This document shows positions 36,269 through 46,364 of a stretch of 64,000 nucleotides of DNA, one piece after another. The stretch is taken from contig CAVEVN010000013.1 in the NCBI GenBank assembly GCA_963619155.1, positions 5,263-69,262 of the forward strand, written 5' to 3'. Below the pieces are notes generated by a model. That model had not been told where the DNA came from and made no database searches. It worked only from the letters and a program-made list of their open reading frames with translations. The DNA is from a bacterium (GTDB taxonomy: Bacteria; Patescibacteriota; Saccharimonadia; Saccharimonadales; Saccharimonadaceae). Each line of letters opens with the position of its first letter. The first letter of the stretch is position 1. A program made the position numbers and the translations under genes.

Positions 36269-37681
36269 CTATTTTAGCATGTTTTTTCGCTGGAGTAAAG
36301 AATGATAAGTAATCGCAAACCGATGCGCCTCTTCATCTACGCGCGCGATCAGACGATCGATATGGGAACCTGGGGTTAAATCCACAGAACATAAAGTTTT
36401 TGTCTCGCCACCGGCTTGCTGGACCATGGTATTGCCAACTTGCTGAGCCACAGGATTACTAACTTGCTGAACCACCTTGTCGTCAGACCGCCGAGCCTCG
36501 CCGTCTAAACTAAAACTATCGGTGGCACTCAAGTCAGAACTATCGGATTTTCTTAGTAACACCAATTTTGCTTTGGCATTTCGGCTATGGTCGCCAGATT
36601 TATCACGCCCAATCACCGGAATCTTAAACGGCTGGACCAGGGGCAAAATCGCTCGCACCTGTCCTTCCCCGCCATCCACAATCATTAAATCCGGCAAGTC
36701 CCATTCCGCGTGCTTTAGCCGCCGCGAAATCACTTCTTGTAAACTTTTCAAATCGTCATTTTTGGAACTTCTGACCTTAAACTTCCGGTATTCACTCCGC
36801 GCCGCCGTACCATTAATAAACACCACCATGCTCCCGACCGTATTTTCGCCAGATTGGTGCGAAATATCATAGCCCTCAATTCGCCGCGGTGGTTTTTCGA
36901 GCCCGAGCAAATCTTGGAGCTGTTTCAAAGCCTGGTCTGACGAAATATCCAAAAATTCCTTGTCCGAAAACACAATTTTTTTGCGCAGTTCTTTTAAGCC
37001 CTGAATTTGGTCACGCGCTTCCGCTGCGAGCTCATAATTCCCCGCCTCGGCTTGCTTTTTCATCGTTTTTTCAAGCTCCCGAATTAAACCCTCGCGCCCG
37101 CCTTCAAGGCAACGAATTAATTTTCGCAAATTTCGTTTATAATCCTTCGGCGTGGTTTTCCCGGCTTCAATCCCCGGCGTCAGCCCAAGGTCCGTGTCGA
37201 GCGTTTTCTTTCCCGTGTAGGGTTTGACATAATACGGAAAAATCCGCCGGAGCGCCCGCACCGCCTTCTCGACCGCCGCCTTGCCATAAAACGGACCCGT
37301 GTAAGTCGCCCCGTCATCCACCGGATTACGCGTAAACGAAACATACGGCACCTCCGACTTCATGTCAATCCGCACATACGATACCGTTTTGTCGTCGCGT
37401 AGCAAAATATTCCACTTCGGCATGTAACGCTTAATCATTTCAGATTCGAGAAACAGCGCATCCATTTCGGTCTCGACCGTGATCCAATCCGTATCCGCAA
37501 TTTCCCGCACCAGCGCCTGGGTTTTAATATCTTTGACCGATTTTTGAAAATACTGACGCACCCGATTTTTTAGCACCGCCGCTTTGCCCACATAAATAAT
37601 CTCCCCCGCACTGTTTTTATGAAAATAAACTCCCGGGGCAGTCGGGAGTTTAGAAAGTTTTTGTTTTAAGACCTCGTCCAT
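36269..37681 (-). CDS. uvrC: Excinuclease ABC subunit C, lacking the C-terminal (HhH)2 domain
   Basis: 470 aa. It has a GIY-YIG domain (PGVYFHKNSAGEIIYVGKAAVLKNRV), a UVR motif (NYELAAEARDQIQGL) and an endonuclease domain (IEGYDISHQSGE...EEAHRFAITYH). The ORF ends right after the endonuclease domain. Confidence 0.88.
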   Translation of the reverse strand: MDEVLKQKLSKLPTAPGVYFHKNSAGEIIYVGKAAVLKNRVRQYFQKSVKDIKTQALVREIADTDWITVETEMDALFLESEMIKRYMPKWNILLRDDKTVSYVRIDMKSEVPYVSFTRNPVDDGATYTGPFYGKAAVEKAVRALRRIFPYYVKPYTGKKTLDTDLGLTPGIEAGKTTPKDYKRNLRKLIRCLEGGREGLIRELEKTMKKQAEAGNYELAAEARDQIQGLKELRKKIVFSDKEFLDISSDQALKQLQDLLGLEKPPRRIEGYDISHQSGENTVGSMVVFINGTAARSEYRKFKVRSSKNDDLKSLQEVISRRLKHAEWDLPDLMIVDGGEGQVRAILPLVQPFKIPVIGRDKSGDHSRNAKAKLVLLRKSDSSDLSATDSFSLDGEARRSDDKVVQQVSNPVAQQVGNTMVQQAGGETKTLCSVDLTPGSHIDRLIARVDEEAHRFAITYHSLLQRKNMLK

Positions 37682-37687
37682 CCTCTA

Positions 37688-37716
37688 ATTATAGCACAGA
37701 TTATCACAAAAGTCAA
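37688..37716 (-). promoter_or_regulatory. uvrC promoter (leaderless geometry)
   Basis: The minus strand reads TTGACT, the 17-nt spacer tttgtgataatctgtgc, then TATAAT. Only 6 nt (tagagg) separate the -10 box from the ATG at 37681. Confidence 0.6.
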
Positions 37717-37824
37717 GTTCGCCCCTGTTAGCGGGGTGGTTTTTATGTTAGCTCTCGTTCTCGATCACCTCTTTCACTCTAGCTAACAAAACGCGTGCTT
37801 GGCGCAGGCTAATTCCCGTTTTTT

Positions 37825-39285
37825 TTAAAACCCCACTCGCGCTTCGATATCTGTCATCGCCTCTTCTAGAATCGTCGAGAAATCTTTGTATTCGACCGGT
37901 TCCGAGATATTTACGTTGCCTGGGTAGCTAAACTTGAGGTCGACCTTGACGTCCGTATTGCCGTCACTAGTCTCGGTGTAAAACCTGGTGAAATTATAGT
38001 TATTGTCAATCTCGACATATAGTTCCGGCAACCCCTCCACCACCTTCGTCGCCACTTCGGACGCGGACGCCATCTCTCCGGACGACTGACCGAGGCAATC
38101 GGTGTAATTTTGTGCCGCCGTGGTAATCACCGAATTTCCAAAGAACCCAGCCAGATTATCGGTATCGATTGTCAGCTGATAAATCGGGTTCTGCTCGCTC
38201 GCGATTTTTAAATTTTCGGTCGTCGAGCCGATGAACGGATTGCGGTTATACGCCCCAATTAGGCTGTTGCTGTTATTATTAAGCTCCGTCACGAACTTCG
38301 CCGTACAAACCGGCAGGCTGTTTTCGCTTAGCCCCGCAATCGTCCCCATATTGTCGGTCGGAATTCGGAGCCATTCTCCGTCCACCACCTCAAACATCTT
38401 AACCATCTGCACTAGCATCCACTTCGACATTTCGGTTTCGACGCTCATTTCCGGGTCGATATCGGTCGCTGGGTCGGTCGTCTCCTCGGTGGTCGCTGGC
38501 TCGACCATCATTCCGGGGTCAATTGCCACCGTCGGGTCCGTCTCAGCCTCGAGCGTAGTCTCGACAGTTGTCTGCAAACTTACCTCCGACAATAAATTCG
38601 TAATTCCATCAAACTTCAGATACAAATCCCCGTCCGCGGCATAGACTTCACTGGCGCTTAAGGTGTAGCTTCGCCCTGTTACGGTATTTAAATTGATTTT
38701 TGCGCTGGCGGTATTAATGTTCGAGCTCGACGTCATTTCGCCAGTGAGCGCAATTTGCGCATCGGTGATATAAGATTTTTCGTCCAATACGTCGATACTA
38801 ATCGTCCCATCCACAGCTAAATTGGTCGGAGCTTTGCCAGAGAGCAATTTCTCGAACGCTTGCGCCACCACGTCTCCGTGATTTAGATTTGCGAGCACTA
38901 TCGCCGCGGCCACTCCGCAACCTAACGCCAACACTAAGCACACAATCGCGCCGACAATTAAGCCGGTCTTTTTCTTTTTGGGCTTTGCCGGCGCTTCCTC
39001 GACCGCCTTTTGCATCGGGCGATTGAGCGGGTCGCTAGTTATTTCCGTCGGCACACCGTTCATATCCGTTACCACTCCCATCGGTTGCACGGTGTTTTCA
39101 CTCATTGTTCTCGGCGTTTCTGTTCCGTTAATATTGGCGACTGGTTGCGTCGGCGTCATCGGTTGCACCGGTACCATTGCTTCGGATGGATTGGCATCTA
39201 ATGTCTCTGTTCCAAAACTAGGGTTGAGCGGATTTGGCGTTCCGGCCGTCCCAAAGTTCGCGCCAGAACCAGGTTTTTGCTCCAT
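37825..39285 (-). CDS. Hypothetical membrane-anchored extracytoplasmic protein
   Basis: 486 aa. It has a Pro/Thr-rich N-terminus, one TM helix ([25 protein letters not shown]) and a large C-terminal domain. I recognise no family. Confidence 0.6.
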   Translation of the reverse strand: MEQKPGSGANFGTAGTPNPLNPSFGTETLDANPSEAMVPVQPMTPTQPVANINGTETPRTMSENTVQPMGVVTDMNGVPTEITSDPLNRPMQKAVEEAPAKPKKKKTGLIVGAIVCLVLALGCGVAAAIVLANLNHGDVVAQAFEKLLSGKAPTNLAVDGTISIDVLDEKSYITDAQIALTGEMTSSSNINTASAKINLNTVTGRSYTLSASEVYAADGDLYLKFDGITNLLSEVSLQTTVETTLEAETDPTVAIDPGMMVEPATTEETTDPATDIDPEMSVETEMSKWMLVQMVKMFEVVDGEWLRIPTDNMGTIAGLSENSLPVCTAKFVTELNNNSNSLIGAYNRNPFIGSTTENLKIASEQNPIYQLTIDTDNLAGFFGNSVITTAAQNYTDCLGQSSGEMASASEVATKVVEGLPELYVEIDNNYNFTRFYTETSDGNTDVKVDLKFSYPGNVNISEPVEYKDFSTILEEAMTDIEARVGF

Positions 39286-39342
39286 AAAAACTCCTTTTAT
39301 ATTTTATGCTTATGTTTATTATATCATGTTATAATAAAGTTT

Positions 39343-40617
39343 ATGGATAATTCGATAATTAGTAATATCAAAGCTCGGCAAGTTTTGGACTCCAGGGGTA
39401 ATCCAACGGTCGAGGCGGAAGTTTGGCTCGAAAACGGCGGTTTTGGACGGGCGATTGTGCCTTCTGGGGCCTCTACGGGCGCCGGAGAGGCGTTGGAGCT
39501 CAGAGATGGGGACAAGAGCCGGTTCGGCGGAAAAGGGGTTCTAAAGGCCGTTTGGAACGTCAATTCTTCAATTTCGGACGTTCTAGTGGGCAACACCTCT
39601 GAGCCGGACACCGTAGACAAGCTGATGCTAGAACTCGATGGCACCAAAAACAAGTCCAACCTCGGCGCCAACGCGATTTTGGCGGTTTCTCTTGCTAATG
39701 CTAAGGCCAATGCCAAAGCCAACCGCATGCCGTTTTATCAGTATATCGCCGAACTGGCCGGCACAACCAAAGAAATGTCGATTCCGATGCCGATGATGAA
39801 TGTTATGAACGGGGGTGCGCACGCGTCATGGTCGACCGATTTCCAGGAATATATGATTATCCCGCGTTCGGCCGAAAATATCGCCGAAGCGGTACGCATG
39901 GGCGCAGAAGTTTTTCATACTCTGAAAAAAGTGCTGTCCGAGCGGGATTATCCGACCACCGTCGGCGACGAAGGCGGTTATGCTCCGCGGGTGCGCGAAG
40001 GCAACAATGAGCCCTTGGAATGTATCCGGCTCGCGATCGAACGCGCGGGCTACCAACTCGGCACCGATTTCGCCATCGCGATGGATATTGCCGCTAGCGA
40101 ATTTTACGATACCGACCACTATGTTCTAAAAACCAACGGTGATTGGAAAACAGCGGACGACATGATGAACTGGTATGACTGGATCATTAATAATTATCCG
40201 GTCATCTCAATTGAAGACGGTCTCGCGGAAAATGATTGGGAAAATTGGCGCAAAATGACCGAACGGTTCGGGTCCAAAATCCAACTGGTGGGCGACGATT
40301 TGTTCGTAACTAATGTTGAACTACTGAAAAAAGGCATCGACATGGGTGCCGCCAACGCGATTTTGATCAAACCAAACCAAATCGGCACCTTGTCCGAAAC
40401 CATCGATGCCGTATTGACGGCGAAAAAGGCGAACTATAAGACCGTGATGTCGCACCGCTCTGGCGAAACCGAAGATGTCTCCATCGCGCATCTCGCCGTC
40501 GGGCTCGGCACCGGCCAAATCAAAACCGGTTCCCTCTCCCGCTCCGAACGCATCGCCAAATACAACGAACTTATCCGCATCGCCGAGACCAACCCAAGGT
40601 TAGGGCTGCAACGCTAG
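39343..40617 (+). CDS. eno: Enolase
   Basis: I prefer the start at ATG 39343 ([27 protein letters not shown]). The track start at 39277 adds 22 non-homologous residues. The motifs SHRSGETED and IKPNQIGT are present. Confidence 0.96.
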   Translation: MDNSIISNIKARQVLDSRGNPTVEAEVWLENGGFGRAIVPSGASTGAGEALELRDGDKSRFGGKGVLKAVWNVNSSISDVLVGNTSEPDTVDKLMLELDGTKNKSNLGANAILAVSLANAKANAKANRMPFYQYIAELAGTTKEMSIPMPMMNVMNGGAHASWSTDFQEYMIIPRSAENIAEAVRMGAEVFHTLKKVLSERDYPTTVGDEGGYAPRVREGNNEPLECIRLAIERAGYQLGTDFAIAMDIAASEFYDTDHYVLKTNGDWKTADDMMNWYDWIINNYPVISIEDGLAENDWENWRKMTERFGSKIQLVGDDLFVTNVELLKKGIDMGAANAILIKPNQIGTLSETIDAVLTAKKANYKTVMSHRSGETEDVSIAHLAVGLGTGQIKTGSLSRSERIAKYNELIRIAETNPRLGLQR

Positions 40618-40723
40618 GGACTTTAGGATATTACAATGATACTCTCGTTTTTTTGTAACGGTACACTTTTTTGATTTTATGAAAATATGAATTATTTTTC
40701 ATAAACTATGGTGCAATGGAAGT

Positions 40724-40852
40724 GTCTACATTAAATATCGAAACGTATCATTTGGATAGGTTTGAGCTTTTAAAGCGGCAACTGTTCAAAAGATACGAGA
40801 GCTTAAACTTTCGATATTTGGTGTAGACAACCTAGAACGGTTGTCGTTTTTT
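40724..40852 (+). promoter_or_regulatory. Structured leader ending in an intrinsic terminator, upstream of the sugar-modification genes
   Basis: The 20-nt arms GTCTACATTAAATATCGAAA (40724-40743) and TTTCGATATTTGGTGTAGAC (40809-40828) pair at 18 of 20 positions. An inner CGTATC/GATACG pair is also present. The terminator GACAACC-tagaac-GGTTGTC plus G and TTTTTT (40826-40852) overlaps the 3' arm by 3 nt. Confidence 0.55.
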
Positions 40853-40867
40853 ATCGAAAGGAAAACT

Positions 40868-41857
40868 ATGCACGATAAAATTTTGAATATCATAGTTATC
40901 GGTCTTGGGCACCAAAGCCTTGGGGATCATCTCCCCGCTATTCGAGCGAGCAAGAAATATAACCTCGTCGGAGTTATCGACATAGATAAAGAGCATGCGG
41001 AAAAAATTGCCAAAGAGTATAATACTGTTTTCGCGCAAACGTATTCGGAATTAAAGGCTAAAATCGATATGAAAATTGACGTCGCGCTAATAGCCGTTCC
41101 GCATAGCGAATATTTAAAAATAATTGAAGAAATAGCCACTGATAAAATCGATATCATCAAAGAAAAACCGTTTGCAGTTTCATTAAAAGAGGCTTCGGAA
41201 CTTACAAATATTGTGGAGCAAAATGATATTTCCCTGTTTGTGACTTTGCAACGACGATACAATCCAATTTTTAAATCTTTCGAACAATTAGTAAAACGGA
41301 TTGGAAAAATCTACGCAATTGAGGCGCGTTATACCATGAATATAGCCGATCTTGCCAGTGGATGGCGCGCCGTGAAAGACGTGGCTTACGGCGGAGCGTT
41401 AGCAGATATGGGGTATCATTTTATAGATTTAATAGTTTGGTATTTTGGGCTTCCGGATTCAATAACTTGCAAAGTTTCTACCGGTAACCGTGCAGACCAA
41501 CAATATAATGTAGAGGATACCGCCTTCGTTGATTTTTCATATAATGATATGGCGGAAGACGATGAAAGAGTTCTGGGCAATCTTGTTGTTTCTAGAGTTT
41601 ACCCCGGAAAAGATGAATATCTCGTAGCATATGGTTCTGATGGTAGCGTATCAGTCAAGCGTGGCGAGTTGATAAGGCTAGACGTTGCCGGACAGGAGGT
41701 CGAGCATTTATTGAGATTGGGTGGATGGCCATCTGCTATTATTGATCAGCTTGAGGATTTTCATGAAAAAATTATTAGTAAAAACTATAAAGGAAAAATT
41801 ATAGATGATTACATGGAGCAAGTTTCGTTTTTTGGAAGCTTCATATATTTCGGCTGA
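40868..41857 (+). CDS. Gfo/Idh/MocA family NAD(P)-dependent oxidoreductase
   Basis: I prefer the start at ATG 40868, which has AAAGGAAAA upstream. The track start at 40841 lies inside the terminator. A Rossmann N-terminus (IIVIGLGHQSLGDHLPAI) and EKPFAVS are present. Confidence 0.8.
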   Translation: MHDKILNIIVIGLGHQSLGDHLPAIRASKKYNLVGVIDIDKEHAEKIAKEYNTVFAQTYSELKAKIDMKIDVALIAVPHSEYLKIIEEIATDKIDIIKEKPFAVSLKEASELTNIVEQNDISLFVTLQRRYNPIFKSFEQLVKRIGKIYAIEARYTMNIADLASGWRAVKDVAYGGALADMGYHFIDLIVWYFGLPDSITCKVSTGNRADQQYNVEDTAFVDFSYNDMAEDDERVLGNLVVSRVYPGKDEYLVAYGSDGSVSVKRGELIRLDVAGQEVEHLLRLGGWPSAIIDQLEDFHEKIISKNYKGKIIDDYMEQVSFFGSFIYFG

Positions 41858-41916
41858 GACACATAAAGCAGAAAATCCTATAGAATATTTTAACCAATTG
41901 AAGAAAGGATAGCGCA

Positions 41917-42993
41917 ATGGAAAAACTTGCAATTTTCGGGGGAGACAAAATAGCGGATGACAGCGAAATGAGGTTTAACTGGCCAAGGATTACAAGCGAC
42001 ACAGAAAAAGCCGTCGTAAAGCAACTTCATACAACAATTTCGATTTACGATAACTCTGGTATTTTCGGCGAATTCGAGAAAAAATTTGCAGATTACCATA
42101 ATAGAAAATATTCGTTACTTTCCAATTCTGGCACATCTGCAATATTTTCGATGTTCGAGGCCATTGATTTAAGGACGGGAGATGAAGTTTTGTGCCCAGT
42201 TTACACTTTTCACGCTACAGTAAGTCCTATGATGTATTTCGGGGCGAGACCGATTTTTTGCGATAGTGACGATGAAGGGAATATTTCGTTCGAGAGTATC
42301 AAAAACAAATATACTTCCAACACCAAAGCAGTTATTGTGACACATATGTGGGGGACGCCAATAAGAGATATCCAAAAAATTGCTGATTTTTGCAAAGAAA
42401 AACATATTTATCTCCTCGAAGACTGTTCTCATGCTCACGGCGCGACGATATATGGCAAGAAAGTTGGAACTTTTGGCGACATTGCGGCTTGGAGCTTACA
42501 GGGTCAAAAGACCGTCACTGGCGGAGAAGGCGGAATAATCTTAACCGACAACAAAGAGATGTTTGAACGCGCGCTTTTGCAAGGCCACTATAATAAACGA
42601 CCAAAAAATGAAATCGACAAAGCAAATGGGCTATATGAGTATTACCTTACTGGCATGGGATTAAAACTACGCGCACATCCATTAGCAATCGCCATAGCGA
42701 ACGAACAATTTGACCATCTAAATGATTTTCTAAAAATAAGGAACAATTATGCTACAAAAATTACCGAAGCGCTGGAGAAGTATCCATTTTTAAAGCTTCC
42801 GACAGTGACGGATGATGTGGCAAGATCTTGGTACGCATACGGTTTCCAGTATATTAAAGAAAAAGCATATGGCGTTACGAGAGAAAAATTTGTAGATGCT
42901 TTATTAAAATTCCAGTTTGGTCTTTTATTGATGAAGCTGAGATTGTCGAAAGATATATTGCTGGATTTAAGAAAGTTTGCGACTATATTTTAG
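41917..42993 (+). CDS. DegT/DnrJ/EryC1/StrS-type PLP sugar aminotransferase, 3' end apparently rearranged
   Basis: 358 aa. The motifs NSGTSAI, VIVTHMWG, EDCSHAHGA and LQGQKTVTGGEGG are present. The last roughly 30 residues are low-complexity, while an alternative frame encodes a DegT-like C-terminus. Confidence 0.75.
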   Translation: MEKLAIFGGDKIADDSEMRFNWPRITSDTEKAVVKQLHTTISIYDNSGIFGEFEKKFADYHNRKYSLLSNSGTSAIFSMFEAIDLRTGDEVLCPVYTFHATVSPMMYFGARPIFCDSDDEGNISFESIKNKYTSNTKAVIVTHMWGTPIRDIQKIADFCKEKHIYLLEDCSHAHGATIYGKKVGTFGDIAAWSLQGQKTVTGGEGGIILTDNKEMFERALLQGHYNKRPKNEIDKANGLYEYYLTGMGLKLRAHPLAIAIANEQFDHLNDFLKIRNNYATKITEALEKYPFLKLPTVTDDVARSWYAYGFQYIKEKAYGVTREKFVDALLKFQFGLLLMKLRLSKDILLDLRKFATIF

Positions 42994-43034
42994 AAAATAA
43001 AGGTTTATAATTAAAGTAAAATAAGGAGAAAAAA

Positions 43035-43559
43035 ATGAACCAAGAATTAGAATTAGAATTAACCTTTTTGGCAAAAGCTTTGCCTGAAGGCATCGAAAAA
43101 GTAACGCCGACGCGCATAGTTGACATTTATATTCCGGACACACCAGAACATTCACATCTTAGGCTACGTCAAAAAGGCAAAAAATACGAAATCACCAAGA
43201 AAACGCCGGTCATGGAGGGAAATGCATCCGAACAAATCGAGCAAACCATACCACTAACAAAAGAAGAATTCGCCGCTTTGTCGAGTTGCAGTAAAAAACG
43301 GGTGGCCAAGGATAGATACAAAATGCCAGTCGATGGTAAAATGGCTGAAATTGATGTATTTGTTGACGAATTGAAAGGGCTTGTACTTATGGATTTTGAA
43401 TTTGATACCGTAGATAAAAAATCAGCCTTCAAAATGCCAAGCGTGGCGTTAGTAGATGTAACTCAAGAAGATTTTATTGCCGGTGGGCTGTTGGCAGGCA
43501 AGACGTATGACGACATCATGCCGGAGCTGAAACGTTTTAGCTACGAAAAAATAAACTAA
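43035..43559 (+). CDS. CYTH-domain protein (triphosphate tunnel metalloenzyme family)
   Basis: 174 aa. The N-terminal acidic strand ELELELTFL resembles the ExExK motif, followed by RLRQKGKKYEITKK and a late acidic strand (LVLMDFEF). Confidence 0.6.
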   Translation: MNQELELELTFLAKALPEGIEKVTPTRIVDIYIPDTPEHSHLRLRQKGKKYEITKKTPVMEGNASEQIEQTIPLTKEEFAALSSCSKKRVAKDRYKMPVDGKMAEIDVFVDELKGLVLMDFEFDTVDKKSAFKMPSVALVDVTQEDFIAGGLLAGKTYDDIMPELKRFSYEKIN

Positions 43560-43590
43560 TAAAAGAAAGCAGAGTTCTTAGTTTAACGGA

Positions 43591-44295
43591 CTACTCTTTT
43601 GCCAACGCTCGAGCCTCTTTAAACCCGTCGTAGAAGTTCTCCGAAATCTTCGGATGACCGATTTTGTTGGCGGCTTTGACAACCTCGGTCACGTCGTTGG
43701 TGATGGTGAAAATTTTGGTGTCTCGCGCGCTAATCAGTTTTAATTTCAACATTTTGTCAATTACTTTTTCAAAACTTTTCCAATAATCTTTACCAATTAG
43801 GAAAACCGGCATTTTGGGCATCTTGTTTTCCTGCATCAAACACAAAATTTCCGAGATTTCGTCCATTGTACCAAACCCGCCTGGGAAAAAGGCAAACACT
43901 TTTGACGCCATCGCGAGCGACACTTTGCGCGCAAAGAAATATTCAAAAGTCAGACAATCCGTCAAGTACGGATTGGGGAATTGCTCGTGCGCCAAAGTGA
44001 TATTTAACCCGATCGAACGCCCGCCGATTTCGTACGCTCCGTGGTTGGCAGCCTCCATAATGCCAGGTCCGCCACCAGTTACCACCGCATGTCCGTTCTC
44101 GGCGAGTAGCCCCCCGAGTTTATACGCCATTTGGCAATATTTACTATCTTGTGGCAACCGCGCTGAGCCGAATACCGTCACTCCCTGCGGAAAAGTCCTT
44201 AGGGTTCTCAGCCCGTTGGTTAAATCTTTGGCATAAGCGTTCGCTCGCTCCAAATCTTCAATGGTTAATTTTTTGAGTAATTCATCTTGTAACAT
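43591..44295 (-). CDS. LOG family protein (TIGR00730; nucleotide phosphoribohydrolase)
   Basis: 234 aa. The motifs VFGSARL, TGGGPGIMEAAN and PGGFGTMDE are present. Confidence 0.85.
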   Translation of the reverse strand: MLQDELLKKLTIEDLERANAYAKDLTNGLRTLRTFPQGVTVFGSARLPQDSKYCQMAYKLGGLLAENGHAVVTGGGPGIMEAANHGAYEIGGRSIGLNITLAHEQFPNPYLTDCLTFEYFFARKVSLAMASKVFAFFPGGFGTMDEISEILCLMQENKMPKMPVFLIGKDYWKSFEKVIDKMLKLKLISARDTKIFTITNDVTEVVKAANKIGHPKISENFYDGFKEARALAKE

Positions 44296-44303
44296 AATTT
44301 TCC

Positions 44304-45266
44304 TTATATTTTTTGAATTGGCATCGGGTGCAACTTTTCGCGCCCGGTGAGCGCGCCTTTATTGGCGCCGAGTTTCGAAATTACGGAGGTCGAATTAGCA
44401 GAGGCGAATACCAGGGCCTTCTCGAAGGACTTCCCCGCGGAGATGGCGGCTAAAAATCCCGCCCCAAACGCATCTCCCGCTCCCGTTGCATCTTTGATTT
44501 TTTGGTCTTCATAAATCCCAAACCGATAAGTTTCCTCGCCGTTGCCGGCAATCCCGCCCATTGCTCCGTCGGTGATGATTACTGTCTCAACATAACTTTG
44601 CAACCGATATAATAGTTCCCCGAGTGTCGTCCCAGGCACGAGTTTAGCCGCCTCGGACTTATTGACAATCAAAATATCCACGTATTTGAGTAGTTGGATT
44701 AACTCTGGCGCTCGCTCTAGCTCTTTGATGCCAGGATTAAACATGATTTTGGTACCAATTTCATGAGCTTTTTTGCCAAATCGCGCAAAAGTTTCCAAAT
44801 CTCCGCGCAAAGTCGCAACATACAACCAATCTGGCGAAATTAAATCTAAATCCGTCTCCGAAAAGTTGCCGAATTGCTCACTCGCGCCCCGACAAGTTAA
44901 AATCGTGCGCTCTCCCGATTTTGAATCGAGCAACACCACCGACGTCCCCGTTGTTTTGCGCTCCAGGAAGTTCACATAACTATCGTCAATTCCCTCGCGC
45001 GCCAGAGTTTTAATAATCGCCGTTCCGGCCGGGTCGTGACCAAGATTGCCCATAAAAATCGCTTCGTGTCCACACCTCGCAAACGTAATCGCTGTGTTAA
45101 CACCGCCCCCGCCTACTTCGTAAGAAATTTTGTCGATATCGACTTTCGAGCCGACCAAAACTTTGCCAAAAATCGCCGCCTCACCAATCGTGGTCGCAAC
45201 CAAATCATCATGGTCGATCAAATAAATATCTTGCAACCCTGCGCCGAGCGAAAGTATTCGTGCCAT
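44304..45266 (-). CDS. PfkB-family carbohydrate kinase
   Basis: 320 aa. The motifs GGGGVNTA and DATGAGDAFGAGF are present. Confidence 0.85.
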   Translation of the reverse strand: MARILSLGAGLQDIYLIDHDDLVATTIGEAAIFGKVLVGSKVDIDKISYEVGGGGVNTAITFARCGHEAIFMGNLGHDPAGTAIIKTLAREGIDDSYVNFLERKTTGTSVVLLDSKSGERTILTCRGASEQFGNFSETDLDLISPDWLYVATLRGDLETFARFGKKAHEIGTKIMFNPGIKELERAPELIQLLKYVDILIVNKSEAAKLVPGTTLGELLYRLQSYVETVIITDGAMGGIAGNGEETYRFGIYEDQKIKDATGAGDAFGAGFLAAISAGKSFEKALVFASANSTSVISKLGANKGALTGREKLHPMPIQKI

Positions 45267-45922
45267 TATAGTACCACCCCACTTTTATCAATTTCGGCGA
45301 CTAGTTCCTCGAACATAGCAGCCGGATTTTCGGCTTGCGAAATCGCCGCTCCGACATTAATCACATCTAGGTCTGCATGAGCCAAAGCTCGCACGTTAGT
45401 TTCGTTGGCTCCGCCGTCCCAACCAATTTCCACTTCTGGCTTCATATTGCGAATAAGTGCAATTTTTTCCATTTGCATTAAATCGGCCGGATTGCCCTGT
45501 ATTCCGAGTTGCCCCGCAAAAATCAGCACATGGTCCGCCGCGTCGATATATTGCTTAACATCGCCGGGATAAGTCGAGGGCAAAAGCGCCACGCCAGTTT
45601 TAATCCCAGCATTTTTAAGCCTTTCAAATGACGGTAATAAATTTTCGCTCGCTTCGGCATGTAAAATACATAGCGACGGCGTGAGTTTTAGGACGGTACC
45701 TAATTGTTCTGACGGTTTTGTCGCCATTAAGTGCAAATCCGCCTCCCAGTTTTTCGGCCACCAAATGTTCGTAATGTCGAGCGTCTGCGTCGGCGCAAAA
45801 ATTCCGTCCGTCACATCAATTTGCACTCGCCGGGTAAACACATTGATGCGCTCAACTTGCGCGCGAAAATCTTGTTTATTGTCGGTTAAAATCGCCGGCA
45901 CGATCGACACCTGCCTAATCAT
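45266..45922 (-). CDS. Ribulose-phosphate 3-epimerase-like TIM-barrel protein
   Basis: 218 aa. The segments IVPAILT...VQIDVTDGIFAP...DLHLM...GWDGG fit the Rpe pattern. The sequence is divergent. Confidence 0.6.
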   Translation of the reverse strand: MIRQVSIVPAILTDNKQDFRAQVERINVFTRRVQIDVTDGIFAPTQTLDITNIWWPKNWEADLHLMATKPSEQLGTVLKLTPSLCILHAEASENLLPSFERLKNAGIKTGVALLPSTYPGDVKQYIDAADHVLIFAGQLGIQGNPADLMQMEKIALIRNMKPEVEIGWDGGANETNVRALAHADLDVINVGAAISQAENPAAMFEELVAEIDKSGVVL

Positions 45923-46364
45923 AATCTTCCCTTTCGTCTAAACGATTAATTCGCCGCGCTCGGCGTTCCAAACTTTCAAACTTGGTTTCTAAAAATTGAG
46001 CTACAATTTCCTGCATCATAGCCTCGTCGATAAAATGCGCCGACAAACACAGTACATTTGCGTCGTCGTGTTCACGCGCCAGTTTCGCCGATTCCGCCGA
46101 ATCACAATTTGCTGCTCGCACGCCTTTAAACCGATTGGCCTGCATCGTCACACCGTGCGCCGAGTCGCAAATCAGCACTCCGAAAGCCTCGTGTTCACGG
46201 CGCACCGCTCGCGCCACCGCTATCGCCGGGTCGTTATAATCATCACCCTCGTGATAACTATACGCCCCGACGTCCATTACCTCATAATCTTTGCTCGCCA
46301 AAAACTTTAAGAGTTCATTTTTTTTCTCGAATCCGCGATAATCCGCCCCGACAAAAACTCGCAT
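45915..46364 (-). CDS. rpiB: Ribose-5-phosphate isomerase B (RpiB/LacA/LacB family)
   Basis: 149 aa. The motifs VGADYRGFEKK, GVLICDSAHGVTMQANR and RAANC are present. Confidence 0.85.
   Translation of the reverse strand: MRVFVGADYRGFEKKNELLKFLASKDYEVMDVGAYSYHEGDDYNDPAIAVARAVRREHEAFGVLICDSAHGVTMQANRFKGVRAANCDSAESAKLAREHDDANVLCLSAHFIDEAMMQEIVAQFLETKFESLERRARRINRLDEREDYD

Noticed and set aside
39277-39342. Upstream extension of eno (track start at 39277). The same issue applies to the 40841 start of the oxidoreductase and the 14505 GTG start of methyltransferase 1.
   Set aside because: The extensions add non-homologous hydrophobic or odd residues. In two cases they run through a terminator hairpin. 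Downstream ATGs (39343, 40868, 14550) give canonical family N-termini.
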